In this document: one piece after another, positions 44,502-53,022 of the stretch | Position numbering within the stretch: position 1 is the stretch's first letter | Layout of the letters: every line of letters starts with the position of its first letter | Virus record (IMG/VR): IMGVR_UViG_3300021255_001482 | Span: 10,382-74,381 of that record | DNA from: a virus | Lineage: Duplodnaviria > Heunggongvirae > Uroviricota > Caudoviricetes | DNA: 64,000 bases | Strand: one strand, 5' to 3' | Made by a program: the position numbers and the translations under genes | Notes under the pieces: generated by a model | Seen by the model: the letters and a program-made list of their open reading frames with translations, nothing else | What the model was told of the DNA's origin: nothing | Database searches by the model: none

Positions 44502-45041
44502 ATGAGTGACGTAAGACTAAAGATTCTACCGCCTTGGACTATCGTTATTCGTAAGTTTGAGGCATTATTTGACGGTGACCCACAGATTGCTTGTAATTGT
44601 AATTTCGCAGGCTCTAATCCTTCCATTGTATTAGCTTGTAATAATGGTGATAAGGTCACTGCCCTACAACAGATTCTTCCTTCTGAAATCAGTTTTGGTA
44701 ATATCAAGCTAAGGATTGAGGTTGATGGTATTCCTTCTAACCGTGCTTTTACTAGTAAGGTAGAACTATTTGATACCGCTTTTAAGGGTAATCCTGCTTA
44801 TGCCTACGCTGTGTGTCCTGCTGAAGAAGGCTATCAGTGGATTGGAACTACTTATGTAGTATTTAATAATTGCGTAGTACAGTTCGCGGCAGATAATCTA
44901 AACGATTGTCACGGCATTATTAGTACTCTATATGAGACTATTGCCGACGAGCTTCTAACTGGCCCCGCTACTGAAGGCGTATTTTATAATACAAATGTAG
45001 AGCGTGCAGGGCTTGGGAAGCCCCTAGGCGAGTGGCCATAA
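44502..45041 (+). CDS. Hypothetical protein.
   Basis: It has an AAAGGAGAAAGCAAAA RBS. Confidence 0.5.
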   Translation: MSDVRLKILPPWTIVIRKFEALFDGDPQIACNCNFAGSNPSIVLACNNGDKVTALQQILPSEISFGNIKLRIEVDGIPSNRAFTSKVELFDTAFKGNPAYAYAVCPAEEGYQWIGTTYVVFNNCVVQFAADNLNDCHGIISTLYETIADELLTGPATEGVFYNTNVERAGLGKPLGEWP

Positions 45042-45054
45042 GCCACTCTAATTT

Positions 45055-45127
45055 GGGCCTATAGTTCAGCGGCTAGAATGTCCGGTTGTCTCCCGGAAGA
45101 TCGCAGGTTCGAATCCTGTTAGGCTCG
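45055..45127 (+). tRNA. tRNA-Asp (GTC).
   Basis: Acceptor GGGCCTA/TAGGCTC, anticodon arm TCCGG-TTGTCTC-CCGGA, T-arm GCAGG-TTCGAAT-CCTGT, CCA encoded. Confidence 0.6.
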
Positions 45128-45130
45128 CCA

Positions 45131-45247
45131 TAGACTCATCCAGCAATTCTTTTTGCGCTGTAGGAGCCGGTAGTATTGGTTCAAATCCAGTTCTCCTCGC
45201 CATATGAGGAGATAGTGTAATGGATAGCACGCCGTAAAATGAGTCTA
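45131..45247 (+). ncRNA. Y-RNA-like / permuted-tRNA-like module E6.
   Basis: Outer stem TAGACTCAT/ATGAGTCTA with box CCAGCAATT. Inside: T-arm ATTGG-TTCAAAT-CCAGT, acceptor-3' TCTCCTC, G, CCA, linker TAT, acceptor-5' GAGGAGA, D-arm GTGT-AATGGATA-GCAC. Confidence 0.45.
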
Positions 45248-45253
45248 GTATTT

Positions 45254-45327
45254 CGGAGTGTGGCTCAGTTTGGTAGAGCGGGTGGTTTGGGACCATCAGG
45301 TCGGGGGTTCAAATCCCTCCACTCCGA
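45254..45327 (+). tRNA. tRNA-Pro (TGG).
   Basis: Acceptor CGGAGTG/CACTCCG, D-arm GCTC-AGTTTGGTAG-AGC, anticodon arm GGTGG-TTTGGGA-CCATC, T-arm GGGGG-TTCAAAT-CCCTC, CCA encoded. Confidence 0.6.
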
Positions 45328-45387
45328 CCATAAACAACTGGGTTTGAAGATTATCCCAACCGTAAAATCTTCCCCTTTCTCTCTCTC

Positions 45388-45416
45388 TTGACTTTTTCTA
45401 GAATTTTTGATATAAT
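45388..45416 (+). promoter_or_regulatory. Conserved promoter family member.
   Basis: TTGACTTTTTCTAGAATTTTTGATATAATAAATATAT. Confidence 0.55.
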
Positions 45417-45444
45417 AAATATATCAAAGGAAAGGAAAAATAAT

Positions 45445-45672
45445 ATGGATAAGAAAGAATTGTCCGCGCAAGCAACCAAGGCTGAATTTGTTAAGTCAAT
45501 TCATCATTGGCTTATGAATACCCTCAAGCAGAATGGTAAAGAAGAATATAGTGATTGCTTTACTATTGAAGGTTCTAGCATTATGTGCCAACTGCCCGCG
45601 GATTATTTTAATCTATACTCTATTCCCGCAAACACCAAAATCGAAATGAAATTTATTTCTAAGAAATCTTAA
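45445..45672 (+). CDS. Small hypothetical protein.
   Basis: It follows the promoter at 45388-45416. There is an AAAGGAAAGGAAAAATAAT RBS before ATG 45445. Confidence 0.45.
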   Translation: MDKKELSAQATKAEFVKSIHHWLMNTLKQNGKEEYSDCFTIEGSSIMCQLPADYFNLYSIPANTKIEMKFISKKS

Positions 45673-45676
45673 AATT

Positions 45677-45777
45677 TAAGCCGTCACAGCAATCTTTTTA
45701 AGTGGTTAATTTATTTTGATTGAGAAGCAAAATGATAGATGGTTCGAACCCATCACAATTAAACAATTAACGGCTTA
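45677..45777 (+). ncRNA. Hairpin module E7 with box CACAGCAATC and an internal T-arm-like GATGG-TTCGAAC-CCATC.
   Basis: Arms TAAGCCGT/ACGGCTTA. Confidence 0.4.
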
Positions 45778-45794
45778 GTATTATTGTTACAAGT

Positions 45795-45872
45795 AAGGCA
45801 CCTACAGCAATTACTTTTATAATTACAAAATATAGATATTGGCAGTATATTAAAGTAAATTATTAGTGCCTT
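45795..45872 (+). ncRNA. Hairpin module E8 with box CTACAGCAATT.
   Basis: Arms AAGGCAC/GTGCCTT. It lies immediately upstream of tRNA-Thr. Confidence 0.4.
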
Positions 45873-45880
45873 GAATTTAT

Positions 45881-45952
45881 GCCGGTGTGGCGCAACGGTA
45901 GCGCAATCGCCTTGTAAGCGATAGGTTGTGGGTCCGATTCCCTCCACCGGCT
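45881..45952 (+). tRNA. tRNA-Thr (TGT).
   Basis: Acceptor GCCGGTG/CACCGGC, anticodon arm ATCGC-CTTGTAA-GCGAT, T-loop TCCGATT, CCA encoded. Confidence 0.55.
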
Positions 45953-45974
45953 CCACTTTTAAAAGGAGTTTATT

Positions 45975-46391
45975 ATGGGATTTTTCACTAAAAAGAAAAC
46001 AGTTGCAGAACCGTCTAAACCTATTGAGAAAAAGTGCGAACATAAATTTCAAGATTTTCCTTGGTTTTTAACTTGGGATTTACAGTATAATCATTATACT
46101 ATTAAAGTAATTGAACCCTATGTTTGTATCTTTTGCGGCGAAAGGAAAAATAAAGTTCTTGCATCTTACACGGGCACAAACTGTAATGAAGGCGAAAAAC
46201 TTCTTAATCAACTCAGAAATCGCTTTGATAATCATATCAAATATCAAGAAGAAGTAGAAGATATGATAAATGACATGGTTCTAGTAGACCCTGAATATTT
46301 AAAATGGTATCATTTACTACGCGAGCAACAAGACCCTTCTACCTCGCGGCCGCAAGCCGAATTTAATAAGAAACCAGAATTAAAGCTATGA
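45975..46391 (+). CDS. Hypothetical protein with a C-x2-C pair.
   Basis: It has an AAAAGGAGTTTATT RBS. Confidence 0.5.
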   Translation: MGFFTKKKTVAEPSKPIEKKCEHKFQDFPWFLTWDLQYNHYTIKVIEPYVCIFCGERKNKVLASYTGTNCNEGEKLLNQLRNRFDNHIKYQEEVEDMINDMVLVDPEYLKWYHLLREQQDPSTSRPQAEFNKKPELKL

Positions 46392-46396
46392 TAAAT

Positions 46397-46510
46397 AGGC
46401 ACACACAGCAACTTGCATAGTCAATCTATGTGTCATCGGTTCGAGTCCGATTATGCCATCCAGAATCTGGCGTATCACCCAGTTGGTAGGGTAATAGAAA
46501 AATGTGCCTA
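46397..46510 (+). ncRNA. Y-RNA-like / permuted-tRNA-like module E9.
   Basis: Outer stem TAGGCAC/GTGCCTA with box ACACAGCAACT. Inside: hairpin CATAG-TCAAT-CTATG, T-arm ATCGG-TTCGAGT-CCGAT, acceptor-3' TATGCCA, T, CCA, linker GAATC, acceptor-5' TGGCGTA, D-arm ACCC-AGTTGGTA-GGGT. Confidence 0.45.
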
Positions 46511-46524
46511 GATGAAAGGATTTT

Positions 46525-46971
46525 ATGAAGATTTATATTTCCTATTTTGCTCAAATTCGTAATTTCCCGCCCAATTTGGTCGGGCTTTCTACTGCGGTTT
46601 GGAATCCAAAATGGCTCCAGAAAGGAAGAAGTCAAAATGGAATTATTTGGTTAGATATTCCGCCGCTAAAACCCGGAAAGAATTGTGATGGATTATGTAA
46701 TGGCAAATGTTCTCCTAAACATCCAAATGATTGTGAGTTCTTACGCGAATATAAAAATCAGCTAGATAAGATAGATTTCAATATGCTGATGGAGCACCTG
46801 CAAGTATTAAATGAAACTATAAAAGTTGGAGAACAATTTGATGATGTAGATTTTGCGTTGTTAGTTTATGAAAAATATGATAATATTTGTTCTGAACGAT
46901 GGCCTCTTATTCAGTGGTTTAAAGAGCATGGTATGGAGTTAGAAGAATGGCAATTAGACAAAAACCGATAA
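46525..46971 (+). CDS. Hypothetical protein.
   Basis: It has a GAAAGGATTTT RBS. Confidence 0.5.
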   Translation: MKIYISYFAQIRNFPPNLVGLSTAVWNPKWLQKGRSQNGIIWLDIPPLKPGKNCDGLCNGKCSPKHPNDCEFLREYKNQLDKIDFNMLMEHLQVLNETIKVGEQFDDVDFALLVYEKYDNICSERWPLIQWFKEHGMELEEWQLDKNR

Positions 46972-47225
46972 CTACAGAAAAAGAATTTTGTGAATTAATA
47001 AGAGAAATAGATCCTCATGAGCGCGGTGAAACTTTATACATTCAATGGAATCCAAATTATGAAGCAAATGATGAAAATTGGCCACGGGTAGAATTACTAG
47101 AAAACTTTCTTTGGATTCATACTGACCCAAATGATTCTTGGTGGTATATTGAAAATGGAGATGCCCGTGCTTGGAAAATGTTTCCTAATTTTGAAGAAAG
47201 ACAACTACCTTGGGGACTAACCTAA
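46947..47225 (+). CDS. Hypothetical Trp-rich protein. Its 3' end overlaps tRNA-Gln.
   Basis: It overlaps the upstream gene by 25 nt. The stop codon lies inside the D-arm of the tRNA at 47211. Confidence 0.45.
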   Translation: MAIRQKPITTEKEFCELIREIDPHERGETLYIQWNPNYEANDENWPRVELLENFLWIHTDPNDSWWYIENGDARAWKMFPNFEERQLPWGLT

Positions 47226-47281
47226 TGGAAGGGTCTTCGGCTCTGACCCGAAGTGTGATAGTTCAATTCTATCGTCCCCAG
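47211..47281 (+). tRNA. tRNA-Gln (CTG).
   Basis: Acceptor TGGGGAC/GTCCCCA, D stem ACCT/GGGT, anticodon arm TTCGG-CTCTGAC-CCGAA, T-arm GATAG-TTCAATT-CTATC, CCA encoded. Confidence 0.55.
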
Positions 47282-47287
47282 CCATAT

Positions 47288-47360
47288 GGGAGTGTAGCTC
47301 AGTAGGAAGAGCACTAGACTTTTAATCTAGGCGTCGAGGGTTCGATTCCCTCCACTCTCA
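47288..47360 (+). tRNA. tRNA-Lys (TTT).
   Basis: Acceptor GGGAGTG/CACTCTC, D-arm TAGCTCAGTAGGAAGAGC, anticodon arm CTAGA-CTTTTAA-TCTAG, T-arm GAGGG-TTCGATT-CCCTC, CCA encoded. Confidence 0.7.
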
Positions 47361-47371
47361 CCAAATATTAT

Positions 47372-47458
47372 GCGGTATTAGCGTAGAGGCCGAACGCGGG
47401 AGTTTGCTAAACTCTGCCGACCTTAGATGGTCCGAAGGTTCGAATCCTTCATACCGCG
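47372..47458 (+). tRNA. tRNA-Ser (GCT), type II.
   Basis: Acceptor GCGGTAT/ATACCGC, anticodon arm GGAGT-TTGCTAA-ACTCT, long variable arm, T-arm GAAGG-TTCGAAT-CCTTC, CCA encoded. Confidence 0.6.
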
Positions 47459-47620
47459 CCAGGGAAGCCATTAAACCGACGTGTTAGTATCAGCTGCTAC
47501 GGCACCAGTAGGTGAAACCGTATTGCAAAAATGATGGTAAGGCACTTCCTACCAATTGTGGACTGTTGGCTTAGAAGCAGCCATCAGCTAAGGAGTTCTA
47601 AGTTCTTCCGCGGGTGCGAA

Positions 47621-47722
47621 ATGTATCAAAAGGCTACGATTGTGGAACGCCCTTTTGAGTATGATGTGCCTGCGGATAATGGGAACATGAGATTTGGCGT
47701 AAAAGCACACCACAAATATTGA
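47621..47722 (+). CDS. Putative 33-aa peptide.
   Basis: There is a CTAAGGAG RBS before ATG 47621. It is embedded in otherwise non-coding RNA-island sequence. Confidence 0.2.
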   Translation: MYQKATIVERPFEYDVPADNGNMRFGVKAHHKY

Positions 47723-47833
47723 GCTGGCCAGAGTAGTGTGCAGAAAGCTCATTAAACACGGGGTTACTACATAGCTCATCTGCCATGTGTAGAAGGAGCG
47801 GAAAAATCGCTTTGCGATTTTGCTAAATGCGGT

Positions 47834-47938
47834 GGCGGAATAGGTAAACGCTACACGTAAGATATTGGAATCGTCGCTGAAAAAGTGCTGGCATTTTGGA
47901 AACAATATCATGTAAGGTGCAAATCCTTACCCGCATTA
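47834..47938 (+). ncRNA. tRNA-derived element without CCA. Its D-arm is paralogous to tRNA-Leu 42215.
   Basis: GCGG-AATAGGTAAA-CGC D-arm, T-arm TAAGG-TGCAAAT-CCTTA, acceptor-like TGCGG/CCGCA. No encoded CCA, unlike all bona fide tRNAs here. Confidence 0.25.
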
Positions 47939-48010
47939 AATAGACTTGCCCGCGCCTCTGATTCAAGCGTACCTGGGGAGCACGCGGCCACAGCGGTTAA
48001 AGTGGCTTAT

Positions 48011-48081
48011 GCGCCATTGGTGTAACGGTAACATATTAGCCTTCCAAGCTGAGGTTGTGGGTTCAAGTCCCATATGGCGCT
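48011..48081 (+). tRNA. tRNA-Gly (TCC).
   Basis: Acceptor GCGCCAT/ATGGCGC, anticodon arm TTAGC-CTTCCAA-GCTGA, T-arm GTGGG-TTCAAGT-CCCAT, CCA encoded. Confidence 0.6.
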
Positions 48082-48092
48082 CCAGGATGCTT

Positions 48093-48164
48093 TAGACAGA
48101 TTCAGCAATTATTTTCACTTGCTATTGTGATATTAGGATTCATCCACCTAATAAAAACTGTCTA
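48093..48164 (+). ncRNA. Hairpin module E10 with box TTCAGCAATT.
   Basis: Arms TAGACAG/CTGTCTA. It sits between tRNA-Gly and tRNA-Gln. Confidence 0.4.
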
Positions 48165-48170
48165 GTTTTT

Positions 48171-48241
48171 AGCCCCTTAGCGTAACGGCAGCGCGCTGGA
48201 CTTTGACTCCATATGTGTTGGTTCGATTCCAACAGGGGCTG
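48171..48241 (+). tRNA. tRNA-Gln (TTG).
   Basis: Acceptor AGCCCCT/AGGGGCT, anticodon stem TGGA/TCCA with loop CTTTGAC, T-arm GTTGG-TTCGATT-CCAAC, CCA encoded. Confidence 0.5.
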
Positions 48242-48248
48242 CCAATTT

Positions 48249-48315
48249 TAGACGCCATTGCGCCGAAACAACAGCAATTATTTTTCAGCTCCATTTTTAT
48301 TCTATAAGGCGTCTA
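48249..48315 (+). ncRNA. Hairpin module E11 with box ACAGCAATT.
   Basis: Arms TAGACGCC/GGCGTCTA. It is followed directly by the RBS of CDS 48332. Confidence 0.4.
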
Positions 48316-48331
48316 GTTTTGAGGTGGAATT

Positions 48332-48949
48332 ATGGCACAAATTTATACTCGTACCTATACTTGGCCACAAAAGAATGATACTTATTTTACAGTTTATTCA
48401 AGACACGGTAGTACTTGGACATGGGGAAATACATCTATATCCGCTCATCGCGCTGGTTTGGCTACACAAACTGGAATAGGAGAAGTTTGGGGAAGTTATT
48501 GTACAATAACAGGAGATACTACTCATTATGCTACAAAAATTACTTCAATCTCTTGTAGCTGTTATTTTGATCACCCCAATACAGCTGGTAGTAAAGTATA
48601 TTACTACGCCCTTGGAAATAATGGTAGTCAGTTAGTTACAATTTCTGCTGATGAAAATAGTTGGGTCGGTGCTGAACGATACACTAAAACAAAAACTGGT
48701 CTAACATTAAGTGGTGACTTTTTAAATAATGGTATTTATGGAATGGTAGTATATTGTTCTGCTCCAAACCAACAAATATCCTTAGATAGAGGATATTCTA
48801 GATTAACAATTACATTTGAAGGAACAAATTCATTAAAATATTATACCAATAATGATTGGCAAAATTGTCAAGCAAAATATTATGACGGAACAAATTGGAT
48901 AGATGTTATTCCTAATTATTATGATGGTTCAAATTGGCAACAAGTATAA
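48332..48949 (+). CDS. Hypothetical Trp/Tyr-rich protein.
   Basis: It has a TGAGGTGGAATT RBS. Confidence 0.5.
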   Translation: MAQIYTRTYTWPQKNDTYFTVYSRHGSTWTWGNTSISAHRAGLATQTGIGEVWGSYCTITGDTTHYATKITSISCSCYFDHPNTAGSKVYYYALGNNGSQLVTISADENSWVGAERYTKTKTGLTLSGDFLNNGIYGMVVYCSAPNQQISLDRGYSRLTITFEGTNSLKYYTNNDWQNCQAKYYDGTNWIDVIPNYYDGSNWQQV

Positions 48950-48973
48950 AATCCAATAAGGAGGTATTCGGAA

Positions 48974-49272
48974 TGGATAAAATAGAAGAATTTATTAATC
49001 GTCGTTTTCAATCAGATTGTGATTGGTTAGAAGGAAATTGTTATTACTTCGCGCGCATTCTCAAAATGCGTTTTAAGGGAGAAATTTGGTACAACCTTGT
49101 TGAAGGACATTTCCTTTTCCGTAGTTTTGATAAGTTTTATGATTGGGGTGGTTGGTGCGAAGAATATGATTTTAACAAGCCGGAAACCGTTGAAAACTTA
49201 GTTAAATGGTCTGATTACAAGAGAATCGATCCAGTACATTATGATAGAATTGTGAGGGATGTAATAGAATGA
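48974..49272 (+). CDS. Hypothetical protein.
   Basis: There is a TAAGGAGGTATTCGGA RBS before ATG 48974. Confidence 0.45.
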
Positions 49273-49508
49273 GTAAGTTTTTAAAGAATATTAAGGATTT
49301 GGAAGCATTTAAGGCAGCGGTACGTAGTTGTACTGGCGATGTTTTTCTAGTGAAGAATGATGGTAGTGAAGAGTTTAATTTAAAGAGTACACTTTCAGAA
49401 TATCTTGGATTGGCTAGATTGGCTGACGCTCATGGAGATGAATATGAGATTTTTTGCCAGCTACCCGCTGATGAAGGTAATCTATTAAAGTATTTCTTTG
49501 AGAGATAA
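49269..49508 (+). CDS. Small hypothetical protein.
   Basis: It shows ATGA coupling. Confidence 0.45.
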   Translation: MSKFLKNIKDLEAFKAAVRSCTGDVFLVKNDGSEEFNLKSTLSEYLGLARLADAHGDEYEIFCQLPADEGNLLKYFFER

Positions 49509-49549
49509 TGGAATAGATTTGATGTAAATTTAATACTTATATTATGAAG

Positions 49550-49578
49550 AACGCCCGCAAATGCGGGCGAATTTTTTA
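49550..49578 (+). terminator. Rho-independent terminator.
   Basis: ACGCCCGCAAATGCGGGCG followed by AATTTTTTAT. Confidence 0.6.
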
Positions 49579-49597
49579 TATGTGGGGTGAGGAAATG

Positions 49598-52423
49598 GCC
49601 ACAACACCAGAAAATTGGAAAACGTTGGGTAATTTATTATTTTATCCAGGATTAAATAAACGTTTTTTTTATTTTGCCTCTTTATTAAATGGGTATACTA
49701 AACATAATGATATTTATAATCCAAAAGCTAATGCGATAGGTAGTGCAGCAAAAGATATATTATCAAATAATTTAGATACTAATGAAATTAATAATGCATC
49801 ATTATCTTGGAATGAAAAATATAAAACAATAATTGCTTTTTTAACTAAGGCAATAATAACTGAACAACAAAATGAAAAGGCATATTTAGAAGGAAAAATA
49901 AAATTAATGAAACAACAATTTTCTAAAAAAGATATATCCGAATCTCCTGAATTAAGTCAAATAGAAGCTATTTATCAACAAGCTGTTAACGGTGGAGCAT
50001 TCAATTATAATCAATTTATAATTGCTTTAAATGGATTATTGCAAGGATTAAGTAATACAAAAGAGCTGTTTAGTTATGAATATGATCGTTTAAATCATAT
50101 GCAGGAAGGTTTAAACCAGATTTATCAAAATAGAGAAAATCAAATTCGTGGTCTTGCCACTAAGCAACGAAAAGATATTGTAGAAACAGAACAAATGATA
50201 CAACAAAGTATGGAAGAATTTGACAAAAAACGTAAAATTACATATGTAGCCGATAGCCCGAAAATTTCAACCTTAAGAGGTTTTAAAACTAATATTAAGG
50301 ACGTAGGAGTTACTTCAGATGTTGCTATTTCACGTTGGGTTAATGAGGTAATTAATAAAATATTTCATTCAACAAAATTTATAAATTTAGCAAAAAAAGC
50401 AATTCAAGAATGTGGTTATGATAAAGTAAAAGCAAGAAGCATGTTGCGCCCTATAATAATAAAATCAGTTACTTCTTATGCCTTGAAACATATGGATGAA
50501 GTACTAAATCAACAAATATATGACAAAAGCATCACTAATATTATAAACGAATTACAAGATGAAATTCAATTCAATGCAAAAATTAGTATTAAAGGATACG
50601 ATGATAAATTTGGAGAAAAAGGCACACACTTAGATTATTTTAAAAAAGGACTAGAAGGAATTCTTGAAGGAGAACAACACGCTACTGGTATTTATGGTGC
50701 CATCTCTTCTCTGTATGAAAAATCTAAACAAACAAGTAATAAACCATTACAAAAAGATGCAATTAGTGTATTGTCTATGTTAAAAAGTAAAAATCCAACT
50801 TTATTATATAGTGTAGAACAATTAAATCAATTTGAAGCACAAATAAATGCTATAAACAAATTAATTAAAACAGAAATAAAATTAACTAAAAAAAATCAAG
50901 CCATAACCAATCAAATATTAAATACAACGCAGAGTATTACTTTATCTTCTAACAATCAAAATATAACTATAAATATCTCTATTGATAAAGAAGGAAATAT
51001 TACATTTGATGATAAAACCAATGCGCAAGAGCAATTTAGTAATCTTTTCGGCATAAAAGCAGCCGGAATTAATTTGACGACATCAAAAGTCCGCTCTGCT
51101 ATAACCTATACAAAAGGTTTTTTAAGCCCGCAATTGAGAAAAGAACTAGACGCAGAATTTGAAAAAGGTTATCGCTCTACTAAACAAAAATTATATGATA
51201 CCTTATATTATACTTTACAAGATATTGATTTAGGAATTAATGGTCCTATATTATCTGAAATTAAATTACTTATACAAAATACACTAATAAATGAAACTAA
51301 TAGCCGACTGAATTGGATTGGAAAAGGTAATGTAAAAACCGACGCTTTTGAAATATTTACTCCGGGTATAAGTAATAAACAATTAAAAACAATTAATTAT
51401 CAGCGCGATCCTAACTTAAAAACTTTAGTTTTAGCAATAAATAAAAAAATGCTCGCGCAAAGAAATAAATTATTAGATGAATTTGCTTCTGGCCTAGAGA
51501 ACATGACAGAATTATATACACAAGAACATAAAAAATTATATAACCGATATAGCATATATGCTAGTCGTTATCTAGAAGCACTATCTAATTATACACAAAA
51601 AGATAAAATGATTCAAACTTTAATTGAAAAAACAGTTAAACAAGTGCGAGCTCAAATAAAAGGCACTATACCACAAACACAATTATTAGCTAAAATATTA
51701 GCTGAAAGGCAATCTGCATTTTTAAATAGTTTAAAAAATACATTATATATTTCTTCCACAATGAAAACATATAATGAATATCAAAATGATATAGGATTTA
51801 TTGGAGGCTCATTAGGTGGAAATGTAATAACTCAATTGGCTCACTTAGGCGTCTTATTTAGAAACGCAGGTATGGAATTAACTAAAGATGAATTTGAGTG
51901 GTTATTGTTTGCTATTATTAACTGTTCATCAGTTAGTGTAGTAGGCGAAAAAAATAAAAATATTATAGAAAATTATTTAGGTGCAATAGCTGCATTCGCT
52001 TTATTTGATGAAGCTGGTGCAGAACTATTTATGTTAAAACAACAATTAACTGATAGAAAAAATGCACAGAGTTCATCAAATATTTTACATCTATATGGAT
52101 TAAATGGAATATACTATCCTGGTTCATTTATATTAACACAAGTATTAGAGAGTGTACAATCAATGCAAACAGTTATGGATATAGATTCTATTGAATCTAA
52201 TATTCATAATGGCATTAGTATTATTAATGGAGCAAATTATAAAATGATTCCAAATAGAAATGGACGTGCAAACACTAAAAAGCCAAGTAATTCAGACCCA
52301 TGGGGAACAGTTTCAAAAAAAGTTATTGCCTCAACGCATTTAAAAATTACTTTTATGGCGGGTTTACTAGGAATATTAGATAATTTAAATTCACTAATGC
52401 AAGAAATACCAATACCTAATTAA
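49598..52423 (+). CDS. Very large (941 aa) Asn/Lys/Ile-rich, mostly helical protein of unknown function.
   Basis: There is a GGGTGAGGAA RBS before ATG 49598, immediately after the terminator at 49550-49578. It has no recognisable motif. Confidence 0.5.
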   Translation, partial: ATTPENWKTLGNLLFYPGLNKRFFYFASLLNGYTKHNDIYNPKANAIGSAAKDILSNNLDTNEINNASLSWNEKYKTIIAFLTKAIITEQQNEKAYLEGKIKLMKQQFSKKDISESPELSQIEAIYQQAVNGGAFNYNQFIIALNGLLQGLSNTKELFSYEYDRLNHMQEGLNQIYQNRENQIRGLATKQRKDIVETEQMIQQSMEEFDKKRKITYVADSPKISTLRGFKTNIKDVGVTSDVAISRWVNEVINKIFHSTKFINLAKKAIQECGYDKVKARSMLRPIIIKSVTSYALKHMDEVLNQQIYDKSITNIINELQDEIQFNAKISIKGYDDKFGEKGTHLDYFKKGLEGILEGEQHATGIYGAISSLYEKSKQTSNKPLQKDAISVLSMLKSKNPTLLYSVEQLNQFEAQINAINKLIKTEIKLTKKNQAITNQILNTTQSITLSSNNQNITINISIDKEGNITFDDKTNAQEQFSNLFGIKAAGINLTTSKVRSAITYTKGFLSPQLRKELDAEFEKGYRSTKQKLYDTLYYTLQDIDLGINGPILSEIKLLIQNTLINETNSRLNWIGKGNVKTDAFEIFTPGISNKQLKTINYQRDPNLKTLVLAINKKMLAQRNKLLDEFASGLENMTELYTQEHKKLYNRYSIYASRYLEALSNYTQKDKMIQTLIEKTVKQVRAQIKGTIPQTQLLAKILAERQSAFLNSLKNTLYISSTMKTYNEYQNDIGFIGGSLGGNVITQLAHLGVLFRNAGMELTKDEFEWLLFAIINCSSVSVVGEKNKNIIENYLGAIAAFALFDEAGAELFMLKQQLTDRKNAQSSSNILHLYGLNGIYYPGSFILTQVLESVQSMQTVMDIDSIESNIHNGISIINGANYKMIPNRNGRANTKKPSNSDPWGTVSKKVIASTHLKITFMAGLLGILDNLNSLMQEIPIPN

Positions 52424-52509
52424 TTTATATTAAATAACTTGTACACTTATTACATATCTCATGAGAAATGAAATCTCATTTATTCTTTTCATGGAGGGGA
52501 AGACCAATG

Positions 52510-53022
52510 GGAACACAAGCCCAACAAATATGGGAGTGGATAGGAAAAAATATCTGGCAAATAATTATTTTTGGTTCTTTATTTATTCAAATAGCTCCCA
52601 TAAAAATTAATCCTTGGTCTGCCTTAATAAAGTGGATTGGTAAACTAATTACCGGTGATGCATGTACTAAAATTGATGGACTAATTGAAAAAGTAAACAA
52701 AATTGATGGGTTAGTCAAATCAGTTGATAATCTTAAAACCAATATAGATAATATCAATCAAGAAGTAGTAACAAATGAAAAAGACCGCATACGCTGGGAA
52801 ATTTTAGATTTTGCCAATTCGTGTCATAATGGCAGAAAGCACACACGCGATGAGTATCGTCATATAGATAAATTAAATCATAAATATATTCAGTTATTAG
52901 CACAAACTAATGACAGCAATGGTGAATTTGAAGCTGAATATGATTATATTAAAGAACTATATGCTGAACGTATTCGTAAAAATGATTTCTTAGAAAATAG
53001 GGAGGGAATATCAGATGACTAA
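52510..53022 (+). CDS. Membrane-anchored coiled-coil protein (holin-associated/antiholin or spanin-like?).
   Basis: There is a GGAGGGGAAGACCA RBS before ATG 52510. It has an N-terminal TM (IWQIIIFGSLFIQIAPI). It overlaps the next gene. Confidence 0.4.
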   Translation, partial: GTQAQQIWEWIGKNIWQIIIFGSLFIQIAPIKINPWSALIKWIGKLITGDACTKIDGLIEKVNKIDGLVKSVDNLKTNIDNINQEVVTNEKDRIRWEILDFANSCHNGRKHTRDEYRHIDKLNHKYIQLLAQTNDSNGEFEAEYDYIKELYAERIRKNDFLENREGISDD

